DNA from: Treponemataceae bacterium
GTDB taxonomy: Bacteria; Spirochaetota; Spirochaetia; Treponematales; Rectinemataceae
Assembly: GCA_963678065.2 (NCBI GenBank)
Contig: CAXXVZ010000003.1
Coordinates: 576,001 to 640,000 of the forward strand
Reading direction: 5' to 3'
Length of the DNA stretch: 64,000 nucleotides
Under the pieces are notes generated by a model that saw only the letters and a list, made by a program, of their open reading frames with translations, was not told where the DNA came from and ran no database searches. Position 1 is the first letter of the stretch. Each line of letters begins with the position of its first letter. A program made the position numbers and the translations under genes. This document shows, piece after piece, positions 37,567 to 48,012 of this stretch.

Positions 37567-37619
37567 TAGACAATATGTAGACAGATAATGTTGACAGATT
37601 GTAAAGTCAATCCTATACT
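37567..37619 (+). promoter_or_regulatory. Sigma70 promoter with repeated T(A/T)GACA boxes upstream of the YheO-like gene
   Basis: TTGACA(37591)-17-TATACT(37614); TAGACA at 37567 and 37578; inverted GTCAA at 37606. Confidence 0.7.
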
Positions 37620-37702
37620 TACCTGACTGAAGGCTTGGTATCCACTGGCAGCATCAGCGCCGCTGGACTGATTGCCTTTGGACGAAGAGGCGGGATGGGA
37701 TC

Positions 37703-38326
37703 ATGAAGCGGGAAGAAGTCTACGTTTTCTTGTGCAATTTGGCGGAAGGAATAGCTGAAACCTTCGGTCCGAACTGCGAGACCCTCATCCACGACCTGAG
37801 TGTTCCGGATCATCCGATATTGAAGATATGCAACAACGGAGTTTCGGGAAGGGAAGTCGGATCAACCGAGGATATCTATGGAGGCGAGTTCGACCCCGCC
37901 ATGGAGAGGCCATTCATAGGATCCGATTATGTGAATCACCTGGTAATCACGAAAAAAGGCAAGAAGGTGAAAACGTCGACATGGGTGCTGAAGGGCGACA
38001 GCTATCGCTTCGGGTTCGGCGTCAATTACGACTTCACCGATATGGAGGCCATGACCAGAACCCTGGAGTCCTTCATTCGCGTCAACTCGGATCTTGAAGA
38101 GGCGATTACCGAAGACAACAAGGGCAATCAGCTGGAACTCAAAGTCAAAGCCTGCATCGATGCGATGGGCAAGCGGGTAGATGAAATGACAAAGCAGGAT
38201 CGCCTCGAGATCATCAGGCGGCTGCAGGGCATGAACATATTTCGATTCCAGAAGGCGGTTCCCTATGTCGCCGAAAAGCTGGAAGTGTCGCGCTACACCG
38301 TCTACAAGTATCTCAACGAAGCCTGA
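37703..38326 (+). CDS. YheO/DauR-like PAS-HTH transcriptional regulator
   Basis: FGPNCETLIHDL..ICNNGVSGREVG and AVPYVAEKLEVSRYTVYKYL motifs. Confidence 0.92.
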   Translation: MKREEVYVFLCNLAEGIAETFGPNCETLIHDLSVPDHPILKICNNGVSGREVGSTEDIYGGEFDPAMERPFIGSDYVNHLVITKKGKKVKTSTWVLKGDSYRFGFGVNYDFTDMEAMTRTLESFIRVNSDLEEAITEDNKGNQLELKVKACIDAMGKRVDEMTKQDRLEIIRRLQGMNIFRFQKAVPYVAEKLEVSRYTVYKYLNEA

Positions 38327-38338
38327 GGGTAGGGTGCC

Positions 38339-39718
38339 ATGCTGCAGCGCGACGAGTTGAACCTGATACTGCATAGGGCCCTGTCTTCAGGCGGAGATTT
38401 TTCCGAGCTGTTTTGGGAAGACCGGCGGGACACGAACATTCGCTGTGCAAAGCGAATGTTCGGGGGCATCACCTCCCTCCACATCCACGGGGCTGGCATC
38501 TACGTGCTGAAGGGTACCCGCAGCGTATATGTCCACACCAACGACACTAGCTTGGGCGGGCTCGTGCGGCTTGCCGAGCGGGCGGCCGATCTTCTCCCGC
38601 CTATGACCCCTTCCCGGCTTCCGGATATCCAATTCTCCCCCCACAGATACCCGACTCCGACTCCTGTCGAGATCTGGCCTCACACGGTCGACTTCGGCAG
38701 GAAGATCAAGATACTGAAAGAGATGGACGGGGCTGCAAGAGAGGCCGGAGGGGTCCGGAATCTCAACCTCGTGTACTTTGATTCGAACCAGCATATCCTC
38801 GTCGCGAACAGCGAAGGCCTGCTGACGGAAGACGACAGGGTCAGGACACGGGTCCGTCTGGATGCGACGGTCGAGGTCGGCACGGAGTCGCTCTTCGAGT
38901 TCAACGATTTCGTGGGCCCCTGCGGTTTCGAGCTGTTCGAGGGCGACTACGAGGCTTTCGCCCGGGGCCAGGTCGCTTCGATGACAGCCAGGCTCAAGGC
39001 CAGGCCCGCCGAATCCTGCGTCGTGCCGGTAGTGATCGAAGGGGGGAACGGGGGCGTGCTGTGGCACGAGGCCTGTGGCCACCCGCTCGAGGCCGAGAAC
39101 ATCGCCGTCGGATACGGGGAATTCGCCGGAAAGCTTGGGCAGAAGGTCGCCTCCGAAAAGGTAACGCTTGTCGACGACGGCGGCATCCCGGGGATGTACG
39201 GGTCGGAGGCTGTCGACGATGAGGGCCACCCCACCAGGAAGAACCTGCTCATCGAAAACGGCATTCTCAAGAGCTATCTCTGCGGACGGAAAGGTGCCCG
39301 CCTTTTGGGCATGGAGTCGACAGGGAGCGGCAGGAGGCAGAGCTACTGCTTCGCGCCGGCTTCCCGCATGCACAATACCTACCTTGCCGCCGGGGAAGAT
39401 GACGAGGAGGAGATGATCCGGTCCATGGATGAGGGCCTGTACGTCAAGGAATTGGGAGGCGGGGACAGCGGCGTCGAGTTCTCGATCGAGGTGAAGGAAG
39501 CCTATTGGGTCAGGAACGGATCGATCTCCCATCAGGTGAAGGGCATCACCTTGAGCGGGAACAGCATGGAGATGATCAAGCGCGTGGATCGGGTCGGGAG
39601 AATACTCGTGCCTGAAAAGGGGTCGTTTTGCGGCGCCTCTTCGGGATTGGTCCCCACCACAGCCTTCCAGCCGCGCATCCGGATTTCCGGAATGACGGTA
39701 GGCGGTACAAAACGATGA
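38339..39718 (+). CDS. tldD: TldD metalloprotease subunit
   Basis: GGDFSELFWED, HEACGHPLE (HExxGH), DDEG, TGSGRRQSY...RMHNTY and C-terminal Cys (SFCG). Confidence 0.9.
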   Translation: MLQRDELNLILHRALSSGGDFSELFWEDRRDTNIRCAKRMFGGITSLHIHGAGIYVLKGTRSVYVHTNDTSLGGLVRLAERAADLLPPMTPSRLPDIQFSPHRYPTPTPVEIWPHTVDFGRKIKILKEMDGAAREAGGVRNLNLVYFDSNQHILVANSEGLLTEDDRVRTRVRLDATVEVGTESLFEFNDFVGPCGFELFEGDYEAFARGQVASMTARLKARPAESCVVPVVIEGGNGGVLWHEACGHPLEAENIAVGYGEFAGKLGQKVASEKVTLVDDGGIPGMYGSEAVDDEGHPTRKNLLIENGILKSYLCGRKGARLLGMESTGSGRRQSYCFAPASRMHNTYLAAGEDDEEEMIRSMDEGLYVKELGGGDSGVEFSIEVKEAYWVRNGSISHQVKGITLSGNSMEMIKRVDRVGRILVPEKGSFCGASSGLVPTTAFQPRIRISGMTVGGTKR

Positions 39719-41073
39719 CCGACATGACAGCGTTCCAGAAGGCCTTTGCCTCCCTTCCGCGTGGAGCCGTGGAAGCAGAAGTGAATGCCGAAAGCCATAG
39801 AATCGGCCAGGTGGAGGTTCACGGTGGAGCCGTGACCGGCGCCGACCGCTCCGAAGATGCGGCGCTGTACCTTCGGGTTTCGGGAGACAAGACGGGGTAT
39901 TCCTACACCCAGGATCTCCACGACGATCCCGTGAAGGTTCTGCGCGAAGCCTATGAGAACGGCCGGTTTTCCGAAAGCTCCTCGCCGGACGAAATCCACC
40001 GGGGTCCAGGCGCCGTCACCGTGGACCTCGGCCATATCGAGGCTGAACTCGATATCGATTCGCTCAGTTCTTATGGCCAGGCCTTCGAGCAGGATCTTTG
40101 CGCCTTTGACTCCAGGATATCCGAGGTATTCCTCTCCCTGCGGGCCGAGACGATCGGGATGCACACGGTCAATTCGCATGGCCTGGATGTCGGCTCGACG
40201 CGGCCCCTGTACATCCTGACGGCCGTGGCCAACTCCGGAAAGGGAGGCCGCCTGTATACGGCGAGCTACAACAGGACGGCCTCGGCCCTGGACCGTTTCA
40301 GCGTCGAGGATTTCGGCCACAACCTGGTGGAGATGCTGGAAAGCCAGTATGACCCGAAGCCTTTCCGCTCGGGTTCCTATAAGGCCATCCTCCACAGGAA
40401 CGTCGTCTACAACATCATGTCCACAGTTTGGCAGCTCTTTTCCGGCCAGCGATACCTGGAGGGTTCATCCCTGTTTTCGGGGAAGCTGGGCGGCAAGGTC
40501 GCCGCCGATTGCCTCAGGGTGAGGGACTATCCCTCCCGTCCGGACAGCGGCTTCGACATTGCCTGCGATTGCGAGGGCAGTTCGGGGGGAGTCGTCGACC
40601 TGCTGGATCGCGGCCTCTTCGTGGGCCTCATGCATAACCTGGCGACGGCCAAAGCTCTCGTGGCTAAACCGACGGGGAACGCCGGGCGCCGGCCCCTCCT
40701 TTCCGGGAACATCCCCACCGCCATCCAGGTAACGCCGCGAAACCTGTGCATCGAACCGGGCTTGCGCGGCCTCGGCGAGATGGTCGAAGGTCTGGAGGAC
40801 GGGATCCTCGTCACGGCAAGCTTCGATGTCTTCCATTCCATCAACATAGCCTCAGGAGCCTTCAGCATTCCATGCAAGGGCCTTGCCGTACGAAATGGGA
40901 GGCGGGAATCGGCTACAGGCCCTCTCGTGCTTACCGGCAGCTTGGGGGGCTTGCTGAAGGGAGTCGAGGAGGTCGGAAGGGATTTTTATATCGGGACCAT
41001 GCTGGCTCTGGACAACTACGGGATCGGAGCCTGCAGCCTGCAGGTCAATGAATTGAGCATCAGCGGGGCCTAG
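39715..41073 (+). CDS. pmbA: PmbA/TldE partner subunit
   Basis: Lacks HExxH; SLFSGKLGGKVA, DCEG, TGNAGR, N+ASGAFS motifs; ATGA overlap with tldD. Confidence 0.82.
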   Translation: MTDMTAFQKAFASLPRGAVEAEVNAESHRIGQVEVHGGAVTGADRSEDAALYLRVSGDKTGYSYTQDLHDDPVKVLREAYENGRFSESSSPDEIHRGPGAVTVDLGHIEAELDIDSLSSYGQAFEQDLCAFDSRISEVFLSLRAETIGMHTVNSHGLDVGSTRPLYILTAVANSGKGGRLYTASYNRTASALDRFSVEDFGHNLVEMLESQYDPKPFRSGSYKAILHRNVVYNIMSTVWQLFSGQRYLEGSSLFSGKLGGKVAADCLRVRDYPSRPDSGFDIACDCEGSSGGVVDLLDRGLFVGLMHNLATAKALVAKPTGNAGRRPLLSGNIPTAIQVTPRNLCIEPGLRGLGEMVEGLEDGILVTASFDVFHSINIASGAFSIPCKGLAVRNGRRESATGPLVLTGSLGGLLKGVEEVGRDFYIGTMLALDNYGIGACSLQVNELSISGA

Positions 41074-41131
41074 AGCGACCGAATCACTACAAGGCCCGCT
41101 TATAAGAGTTCTTGATCAAGGAGGAACTGCT

Positions 41132-42739
41132 ATGATGAAACGATGGCTGATCATTCTCACAGTCTGTGCCCTGGCCGTGAACCTGGCGGGCGCCCAAGGG
41201 GCAAACGACGGAAGCAACACGATCCTGAAGGTGGGTTGGCCCTACGAACCGGCCAGCATGGACCCGCACAGGGCAAATGAGGACGCCGCCTACAATGCAC
41301 TGCGGATGATGGTGGAAGGCCTTGTAAGGAACGTCAACGGCGAGGCAGTCCCGGGCATCGCCGAGTCCTGGGAGGTATCGGCCGACAACAAGGAGTATAC
41401 CTTCCACCTTCGCAAAAGCCGTTTCAGCGACGGCAGCCCCGTGACGGCGAAGGATTTCCAATACGGCTTCTTCAGGCTCCTCGACTCCTCGAAGGCTTTC
41501 GCGAAAGCCAACTCCGCCTTTGTCATCAAAAACGCGGAGGCATACTACAAGGGCAAAAGCAAGGCTGAAGATGTCGGCATCGAGGTGAAGAACGACTACA
41601 CCCTGAAGCTTTCCCTGGCCGTGCCGACCTTCCCTCTGGTATTTTCCGACTGGCCCTTCAGCCCGATGAGCAAGGCTTTCGTCGAGGCCAAGGGGGCTGT
41701 CTACGGATCCGAGGCTGCAAATCTGCTCACCAATGGCCCCTTCACCCTCAAGTCCTGGGACCATGATTCGAAGCTGGTTCTCGTCAAGAACGAAAACTAT
41801 TGGGATGCCCGCTCCATCTCTCTTGCCGAGATCGACGCATTCATCAATGCGGCAGGAGATACGGCGGTCGACATGATGCTGGCCAGGCAATTGGACCTCG
41901 TCGAACTCAGCAACCGCAACCAGGTCAAGACACTCACGGACAAGGGCTTTGCCGTGGAGTCCTACGCATCCAACTATCAGTTCCTCCACGTCAACCACAA
42001 GGGCAAGAACGAGAAGACTGGCCGGTTCCTTTCGAACGCCAATTTCCGCAAGGCCCTCAGCTACGCGATAGACCGCCAGGCCCTGGTATCGACCGTGTAC
42101 ACGACCTCAACCCCCTCGACGAGGCTCACCGCACCGAACGAGCGGGGCGTGAAGGGTCGATTCAACCTCGAGTATCCATACACGGGCTTCCAGGTTGACG
42201 ATAACCCCGCGAAGGCCAGGGAGTACCTCGGCCTTGCCTTGAAGGAACTGGGACTCGGCGCGTCCGATATCCCCACCTTCACGATGCTCTGCTTCGATTC
42301 CCAGGGCAGCCTCATGGCACTGCAGGCCATCCAGGACATGCTGAAGAAAAATCTCGGCGTGACCTGCGCGATAGACGCCCAGCCCATACCTTCCATGATC
42401 GCCAAAGTCTACGCGAGCGACTACGATTTGTGGAAGGGCGGCTCCTCGCTCGGCAAGATCGACTGGCTCGACGATATCGCAAAATCCTACCTGAGCAATG
42501 CCGGCGCCCCGTACAACTACAAGAATGCAGCTTTTGACTTCCTCTATCAAAAGGCCTCCATGGCGACCAACTGGAAAGAGCGAAAAGACAGGATGTTCGA
42601 TCTTGAAAAGTATTATTGCGACAATGTGGTCGACCTTCTCCTGAATTGGCAGCAGGTATATGTCGTCTACAACCCGAAACTCGGTGGTATGTACATGGCT
42701 ACGTATCTCGACTATTCGCAGGCGGACTTCAAGAAATAG
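41132..42739 (+). CDS. oppA: Oligopeptide ABC transporter substrate-binding protein
   Basis: PGIAESWEVSADNKEYTFHLR..FSDGSPVTAKDF, NGPF and FRKALSYAIDR motifs. Confidence 0.9.
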   Translation: MMKRWLIILTVCALAVNLAGAQGANDGSNTILKVGWPYEPASMDPHRANEDAAYNALRMMVEGLVRNVNGEAVPGIAESWEVSADNKEYTFHLRKSRFSDGSPVTAKDFQYGFFRLLDSSKAFAKANSAFVIKNAEAYYKGKSKAEDVGIEVKNDYTLKLSLAVPTFPLVFSDWPFSPMSKAFVEAKGAVYGSEAANLLTNGPFTLKSWDHDSKLVLVKNENYWDARSISLAEIDAFINAAGDTAVDMMLARQLDLVELSNRNQVKTLTDKGFAVESYASNYQFLHVNHKGKNEKTGRFLSNANFRKALSYAIDRQALVSTVYTTSTPSTRLTAPNERGVKGRFNLEYPYTGFQVDDNPAKAREYLGLALKELGLGASDIPTFTMLCFDSQGSLMALQAIQDMLKKNLGVTCAIDAQPIPSMIAKVYASDYDLWKGGSSLGKIDWLDDIAKSYLSNAGAPYNYKNAAFDFLYQKASMATNWKERKDRMFDLEKYYCDNVVDLLLNWQQVYVVYNPKLGGMYMATYLDYSQADFKK

Positions 42740-42837
42740 AAAAGTCATTTCAGAAAAAAACGTGGCGTCAGCCGCCGGATTCCATGATCAGGGCCGGCGG
42801 CCGCTTACGTCGAGGGAAAGGGGGCGGTGGACAATCG

Positions 42838-43752
42838 ATGCTCGGCTATATATGGCGAAAACTGGTGACGGCTGTCGCAACGGTCCTCATCCTGGCCACT
42901 CTGACCTTTTTCCTTGTCAAGTTGCTTCCCGGGAATCCTTTCCTGAGCGAAACCGTTCCCGAGGTCATCCAGCAGAAACAGCGGGAATACTACGGGCTCG
43001 ACAAGCCAGTATACGTACAATACTTCCACTACATGAAAAACCTTCTGCGCGGCGACTTGGGCTATTCGCTCAAGAAGGTGGGAAGAAGCGTAGTGACGAT
43101 CATCACGGAAAGCTTTCCCGTATCAGCCAGGCTCGGCTTGATTTCGTTCATAATCAGCGAATCCATTGGTATCCTTTTCGGGATACTGTGCGCCCAATTC
43201 AAGAACAAGTGGCCCGACTACCTCTTGATGATAGTGGCGATCCTCGGTATTGCCCTGCCGGCGATGGTGCTCGGTCCCCTCCTGCGCTTCCTCCTGGGAG
43301 TCAAGCTGAGGATCCTTCCGGTGACAGGATGGGGAAGCCTGAAGCAGCTTGTCATGCCCGCCTTCGTCCTGGGCATGGGAACCATTGCCGTCACAACGCG
43401 CAACATGCGCGCCAGCATGCTCGGCGTAACCACGCAGGATTACATCAAAACCGCCCGGTCCAAGGGGATTTCTCCCATCCGGGTCGTCATGAAGCACGAG
43501 TTCAAAAATTCCCTCGTGCCCATCATCACGAACATGGGCGTGCAGATTGCGTCGGTCCTGACCGGTTCCTTCGTGGTGGAGAGCATTTTCCTGATACCCG
43601 GCCTCGGAAAGCACTTTGTGGACTCGATAACGACGCTGGACTATACGCTGATCATGGGTCTCACCATTTTTTACGGGACCTTCCTCGTCGTCATGAATTT
43701 GCTCGTTGACCTCCTGTATGGATTCATTGATCCCAGGATTCGCCTGAAGTGA
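42838..43752 (+). CDS. oppB: Oligopeptide ABC transporter permease
   Basis: YGLDKP..VQY, DYIKTARSKG and IDPRIR motifs; start ATG 42838. Confidence 0.92.
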   Translation: MLGYIWRKLVTAVATVLILATLTFFLVKLLPGNPFLSETVPEVIQQKQREYYGLDKPVYVQYFHYMKNLLRGDLGYSLKKVGRSVVTIITESFPVSARLGLISFIISESIGILFGILCAQFKNKWPDYLLMIVAILGIALPAMVLGPLLRFLLGVKLRILPVTGWGSLKQLVMPAFVLGMGTIAVTTRNMRASMLGVTTQDYIKTARSKGISPIRVVMKHEFKNSLVPIITNMGVQIASVLTGSFVVESIFLIPGLGKHFVDSITTLDYTLIMGLTIFYGTFLVVMNLLVDLLYGFIDPRIRLK

Positions 43753-43759
43753 GGAAGGA

Positions 43760-44692
43760 ATGACGCAGCAAGACAGGTGCTTTATGGAGGATGATTTCCT
43801 CCCCCTCCCTCAGGACAGCATGGAGACCGACGCGGTGGTCAGGAAATCCACGAGCTTCGCCAAGGATGTCTGGCGGAGTTTCCGCAAGAGCGCGACCGCG
43901 GTCGCGAGCCTGGTGATTCTCTCCATCCTGGTCTTCTTTGTCATCTTCGGCCCGCTGATGACCAGGTACGACTACTTCAGCAACGACTACGGCGCCGCCA
44001 ATTCCCCGCCGAGCTCGGCGCACTGGTTCGGAACGGACGCGCTCGGGCGCGACCTGTGGACCCGCGTCTGGGTGGGCGGGCGGGTATCCCTCCTTATCGC
44101 CCTCCTGGCCACCGTCATCCCCTATCTCATCGGAATGACCATCGGGGGGATCTCCGGCTACTTCGGCGGAAAACTCGATCAGATAATCATGCGCGGCATA
44201 GACGTTCTCATAGGGATCCCGCCGCTCATCTACATGATACTCATCATGGTGATACTCGGCAGCGGGAACATAATGACCCTGGTGCTCGCCATGTCCATCA
44301 CCGGATGGATGGGATCGGCCCGCCTGACCCGAGGCCTCATTCTCCAGCTGAAATCCAGGGAATTCGTGGTCGCCAGCGAGACCCTGGGAGCCTCGCCGTT
44401 CAGACTGATCTTCAGGCATCTCATTCCCAACACCCTCGGGATAATGGTGGTCGGCATGACGCTGACTATGCCCTCGATCATCTTCTACGAGGCCTTCCTG
44501 AGCTACATCGGCCTCGGAATCAAGCCGCCGAACCCAAGCTGGGGGCAACTGATCAAGATAGCGTCGGAGATTTTCCGCTACTATCCCTACCAGTTCGTCT
44601 TTCCCTGCCTCTGCGTGAGCATCGCCATGCTCTGTTTCAACATGATCGGCGATGGCTTGCGCGATGCGCTGGACCCGAAGCTGAGGTCCTGA
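43760..44692 (+). CDS. oppC: Oligopeptide ABC transporter permease
   Basis: HWFGTDALGRDLW and GDGLRDALDPK motifs. Confidence 0.93.
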   Translation: MTQQDRCFMEDDFLPLPQDSMETDAVVRKSTSFAKDVWRSFRKSATAVASLVILSILVFFVIFGPLMTRYDYFSNDYGAANSPPSSAHWFGTDALGRDLWTRVWVGGRVSLLIALLATVIPYLIGMTIGGISGYFGGKLDQIIMRGIDVLIGIPPLIYMILIMVILGSGNIMTLVLAMSITGWMGSARLTRGLILQLKSREFVVASETLGASPFRLIFRHLIPNTLGIMVVGMTLTMPSIIFYEAFLSYIGLGIKPPNPSWGQLIKIASEIFRYYPYQFVFPCLCVSIAMLCFNMIGDGLRDALDPKLRS

Positions 44693-44693
44693 C

Positions 44694-45758
44694 ATGAAAC
44701 CCGAGACAAAGGGAGCGAAGACGCCGATGGATGCAAAGCCGATCCTGTCCGTCAATAATCTGGCGGTCTCATTCGACACCTACCAGGGGGAGGTGCAGGC
44801 CGTCCGCGGCGTCACCTGGCATCTCGGGAAGGGGGAGACCATCGCCATCGTCGGCGAATCGGGCTGCGGAAAGACTGTTTCGATTCAGACCGTCCTCCGG
44901 ACGAACCCCAAAGGCGTCGGAAGGGTCAAGAGCGGGGAGATCCTCTTCGACGGCGAGAATCTCCTGGCGAAGTCGGCGAAGGAGATGAGGGCCTATCAGG
45001 GAAACAGGATGTCCATCATATTCCAGGATCCCTTCACCTACCTCAATCCGACGATGACTGTTGGGGATCAGATAATCGAGAACTACCGGCAGCACAGAGT
45101 GGCCACGAGGCAGGAAGCCGAGCACCGGGTCCTGGAGATCATGCGCTTGGTCAACATGCCCTCCCCGGAGAAGAACATGCGACGGTATCCCCACCAGCTC
45201 TCGGGCGGGATGCGCCAGCGCATCATGATAGCCATCGCCATCATCTGCGGCCCCGAGATACTCTTCGCGGACGAGCCCACGACGGCGCTGGATGTCACTA
45301 TCCAGGCACAGGTCATCGACTTGATGAACGGGCTCAAGGCGAAGCTGAATACGGCCATTGTCCTGATCACCCACGACATGGGAGTGGTCGCCAACATGGC
45401 CGACAGGATTTACATAATGTACGCTGGCAAGATCGTCGAGCATGGAAGGTCGGACGACATCTTCAAGGGAAGCGCCCATCCCTATACAAAAGGACTTCTG
45501 GGCTCAGTCCCGCGGGTGGACCGCAAGACTGATGAGGATCTGTACTCCATCAGGGGTGCGCCTCCCGACCTGATAGCCCCGCCTCCCGGATGCGCCTTCG
45601 CCTCGAGGTGCCGATACGCGATGAACATATGCGTCAGGGCCGAGCCCGAATCTGTGCATCTCGGGGATTCCGGCCATTTCTCGGCCTGCTGGCTCAACCA
45701 TCCCGCCTTCACTCGCGACGCGAGGGGAGAGCGGGGGGCGGAAGTGCGTCATGGTTAG
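44694..45758 (+). CDS. oppD: Oligopeptide ABC transporter ATP-binding protein
   Basis: GESGCGKT, YPHQLSGGMRQR, ADEPTTALDVT and C-terminal Cys-rich oligo_HPY region. Confidence 0.93.
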   Translation: MKPETKGAKTPMDAKPILSVNNLAVSFDTYQGEVQAVRGVTWHLGKGETIAIVGESGCGKTVSIQTVLRTNPKGVGRVKSGEILFDGENLLAKSAKEMRAYQGNRMSIIFQDPFTYLNPTMTVGDQIIENYRQHRVATRQEAEHRVLEIMRLVNMPSPEKNMRRYPHQLSGGMRQRIMIAIAIICGPEILFADEPTTALDVTIQAQVIDLMNGLKAKLNTAIVLITHDMGVVANMADRIYIMYAGKIVEHGRSDDIFKGSAHPYTKGLLGSVPRVDRKTDEDLYSIRGAPPDLIAPPPGCAFASRCRYAMNICVRAEPESVHLGDSGHFSACWLNHPAFTRDARGERGAEVRHG

Positions 45759-46719
45759 CGACAAGCTCCTGGAAATCCAGGATCTGAAGGTGTTCTACCG
45801 CATTGACAAGGGAGTCCTGAAGGCCGTCAACGGCCTCAGTCTCGCCATAAAGAGAGGGACGACCACCGGCCTCGTGGGTGAGTCCGGCTGCGGAAAAACC
45901 ACGCTGGGGAAGAGCATACTCAGGCTGCACAGGCCGGACGAGGGGCGGATACTCTTCAAGGGCAGGGATATCTGGACGCTCGACCGGAAGGAAAGGAAGC
46001 GTTTCCGCAAAGAGGTTCAGATGATCTTTCAGGATCCCTACGCCTCGCTGGATCCCCTGTGCGTCGTCAGCGACATCGTCGCCGAGGGCATGGACATCCA
46101 CGGCCTCTATCCGGGAAGCGAAAGGCGAAGCCGCGTGCTCGAACTCCTGCGGCTGGTGGGCCTGAACGAGGGGCACGCCAACCGCTTCCCCCACGAATTT
46201 TCCGGGGGCCAGCGGCAGCGGATCGGCATAGCGCGGGCGCTGGCGGTTGAGCCCGAATTGATCGTCTGCGACGAGCCCATTTCCGCCCTCGATGTCTCCA
46301 TCCAGGCGCAGATCGTGAACCTGATCAAGCAACTGCAGAAGAAGATGAACCTGTCTCTCCTCTTCATCACCCACGATTTGTCCATGGTCAGGCACATCTC
46401 GGACCAGATCGCTGTCATGTACCTCGGATCCCTGATGGAGTTGGCGCCGAGCGACAGTCTGTACGAAAAGAGCTATCACCCCTACACCAAGGCTCTCCTG
46501 TCAGCCATCCCCGTCGCCGATCCGGATGTGGAGCGGGGACGAAAGCGGATACTCCTGGCCGGAGACGTGCCCAGCCCGATCAACCTTGGCGAAGGCTGCA
46601 GCTTCAACAAGAGATGCGCCTACGCGAGCGACATCTGTCTTTCCCGGAGACCCGAACTGCGGGAGCGCGGGCCGGGGCATTTTGTGGCATGCCACAATGT
46701 CGACACCATAAATCAATGA
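45751..46719 (+). CDS. oppF: Oligopeptide ABC transporter ATP-binding protein
   Basis: GESGCGKTT, FPHEFSGGQRQR and CDEPISALDVSIQAQ motifs. Confidence 0.93.
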   Translation: MVSDKLLEIQDLKVFYRIDKGVLKAVNGLSLAIKRGTTTGLVGESGCGKTTLGKSILRLHRPDEGRILFKGRDIWTLDRKERKRFRKEVQMIFQDPYASLDPLCVVSDIVAEGMDIHGLYPGSERRSRVLELLRLVGLNEGHANRFPHEFSGGQRQRIGIARALAVEPELIVCDEPISALDVSIQAQIVNLIKQLQKKMNLSLLFITHDLSMVRHISDQIAVMYLGSLMELAPSDSLYEKSYHPYTKALLSAIPVADPDVERGRKRILLAGDVPSPINLGEGCSFNKRCAYASDICLSRRPELRERGPGHFVACHNVDTINQ

Positions 46720-46794
46720 GCCGCCCGCGAGCTGAAACGCGACAATCCCGAGATCCCTCGGCTGGTCGAAGGCCATACCTGGAGAAGCGTCTAT

Positions 46795-48012
46795 ATGAGA
46801 TATGATTTTGATACTGCCGTCGATCGATCCGGCATCGGCAACATGATCGAGGAGTGGCAACCTCCGGCAATCCGCGACGCCGGCCTGACGAGCTATTGGG
46901 GGGCCGAGTTCGGCTTCAGGACAGCGCCTGCCATAGTCGACGCGGTGAGGAAGGCCGCTGACAACGGATTGCTCGGATTCACCATATTGACGCCGGAATA
47001 CCTCGACCGGGTCGTCTGGTGGTTCGAGAACCGGAGAGGCGCACGGATACGACCCGAGTGGATACTGCCCACCCACGGGGTGATTTTTTCGCTCGCCACC
47101 TCGATCCGCGCCTTCACGGGGCCGGAGGAGTCGATCATCACGCTCACTCCCGGCTACCGGAGATACAACCAGGCGGCCGGGCGCCTGGGGAGAAAGGTTG
47201 CCGAGAGCCCGCTAGTCCTGAAAAAGGGCCGGTATCACATCGACTTCGAAGACCTCGAGGCGAGGATGAGCGAATCGGGGAACAGACTCCTCGTCCTCTG
47301 CAATCCGAACAATCCCACGGGCACCATCTGGGGAATCCATGATCTGGAGAGGATAGCCGAGCTCGCGGCAAGACACGATGTGCTTGTGTTCAGCGATGAG
47401 ATATTTGCGGAGGTCGTCTTCGGCGAGGCCTCGATCCCGCCATATCATACGGTCGCCGGGGAAGGCGCCCAGAGCATCACCTGCAGCTCCCTCGGCAAGT
47501 GTTTCGGGCTCACGGGCGTCAATCATTCAAATGTCGTCATCCCCGACGCAAGTTTGAGAGAGCGTTTTTTGCTCCAGCGGAATTCCGACCATTACGGAAG
47601 CATCGACCCCTTCCTCCACGCTGCGCTCCTTGGCGCCTACACCGAAGAAGGGGCGGCCTGGCTCGATGCCATGCTGGAATACGTATGGGACAATTATCTG
47701 TTCATCGATTCCTTTTTCAGGGAGCGCCTTCCGGCCGTGTCGGTCCTCAGGCCGGAGGGGACCTACGTCCTGTGGATCGATTTCCGGGGTCTCGGACTGG
47801 CGGCGGGGGAGCTCAATCGATTCCTTCTCGAAGAGGCTCTCCTCTGCCTCGACCCGGGAGAGAACTACGGAGGACCCGCCGGATATATGCGCATGAACAT
47901 TTCCGTACCGCGGCGTGAAATCGAACGTTCCCTCGAACTTCTGCTCGAGGCCGCACGCGCCCGAAGCCTCGGTAAATCGGGCGATACAAGAACAAGCGAG
48001 GACGAGCCATGA
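46795..48012 (+). CDS. MalY/PatB family PLP enzyme (C-S lyase / aminotransferase class I)
   Basis: MRYDFD..VDR, LCNPNNPTG, SDEI, SLGKCFGL and EGTYVLWIDF motifs. Confidence 0.88.
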   Translation: MRYDFDTAVDRSGIGNMIEEWQPPAIRDAGLTSYWGAEFGFRTAPAIVDAVRKAADNGLLGFTILTPEYLDRVVWWFENRRGARIRPEWILPTHGVIFSLATSIRAFTGPEESIITLTPGYRRYNQAAGRLGRKVAESPLVLKKGRYHIDFEDLEARMSESGNRLLVLCNPNNPTGTIWGIHDLERIAELAARHDVLVFSDEIFAEVVFGEASIPPYHTVAGEGAQSITCSSLGKCFGLTGVNHSNVVIPDASLRERFLLQRNSDHYGSIDPFLHAALLGAYTEEGAAWLDAMLEYVWDNYLFIDSFFRERLPAVSVLRPEGTYVLWIDFRGLGLAAGELNRFLLEEALLCLDPGENYGGPAGYMRMNISVPRREIERSLELLLEAARARSLGKSGDTRTSEDEP

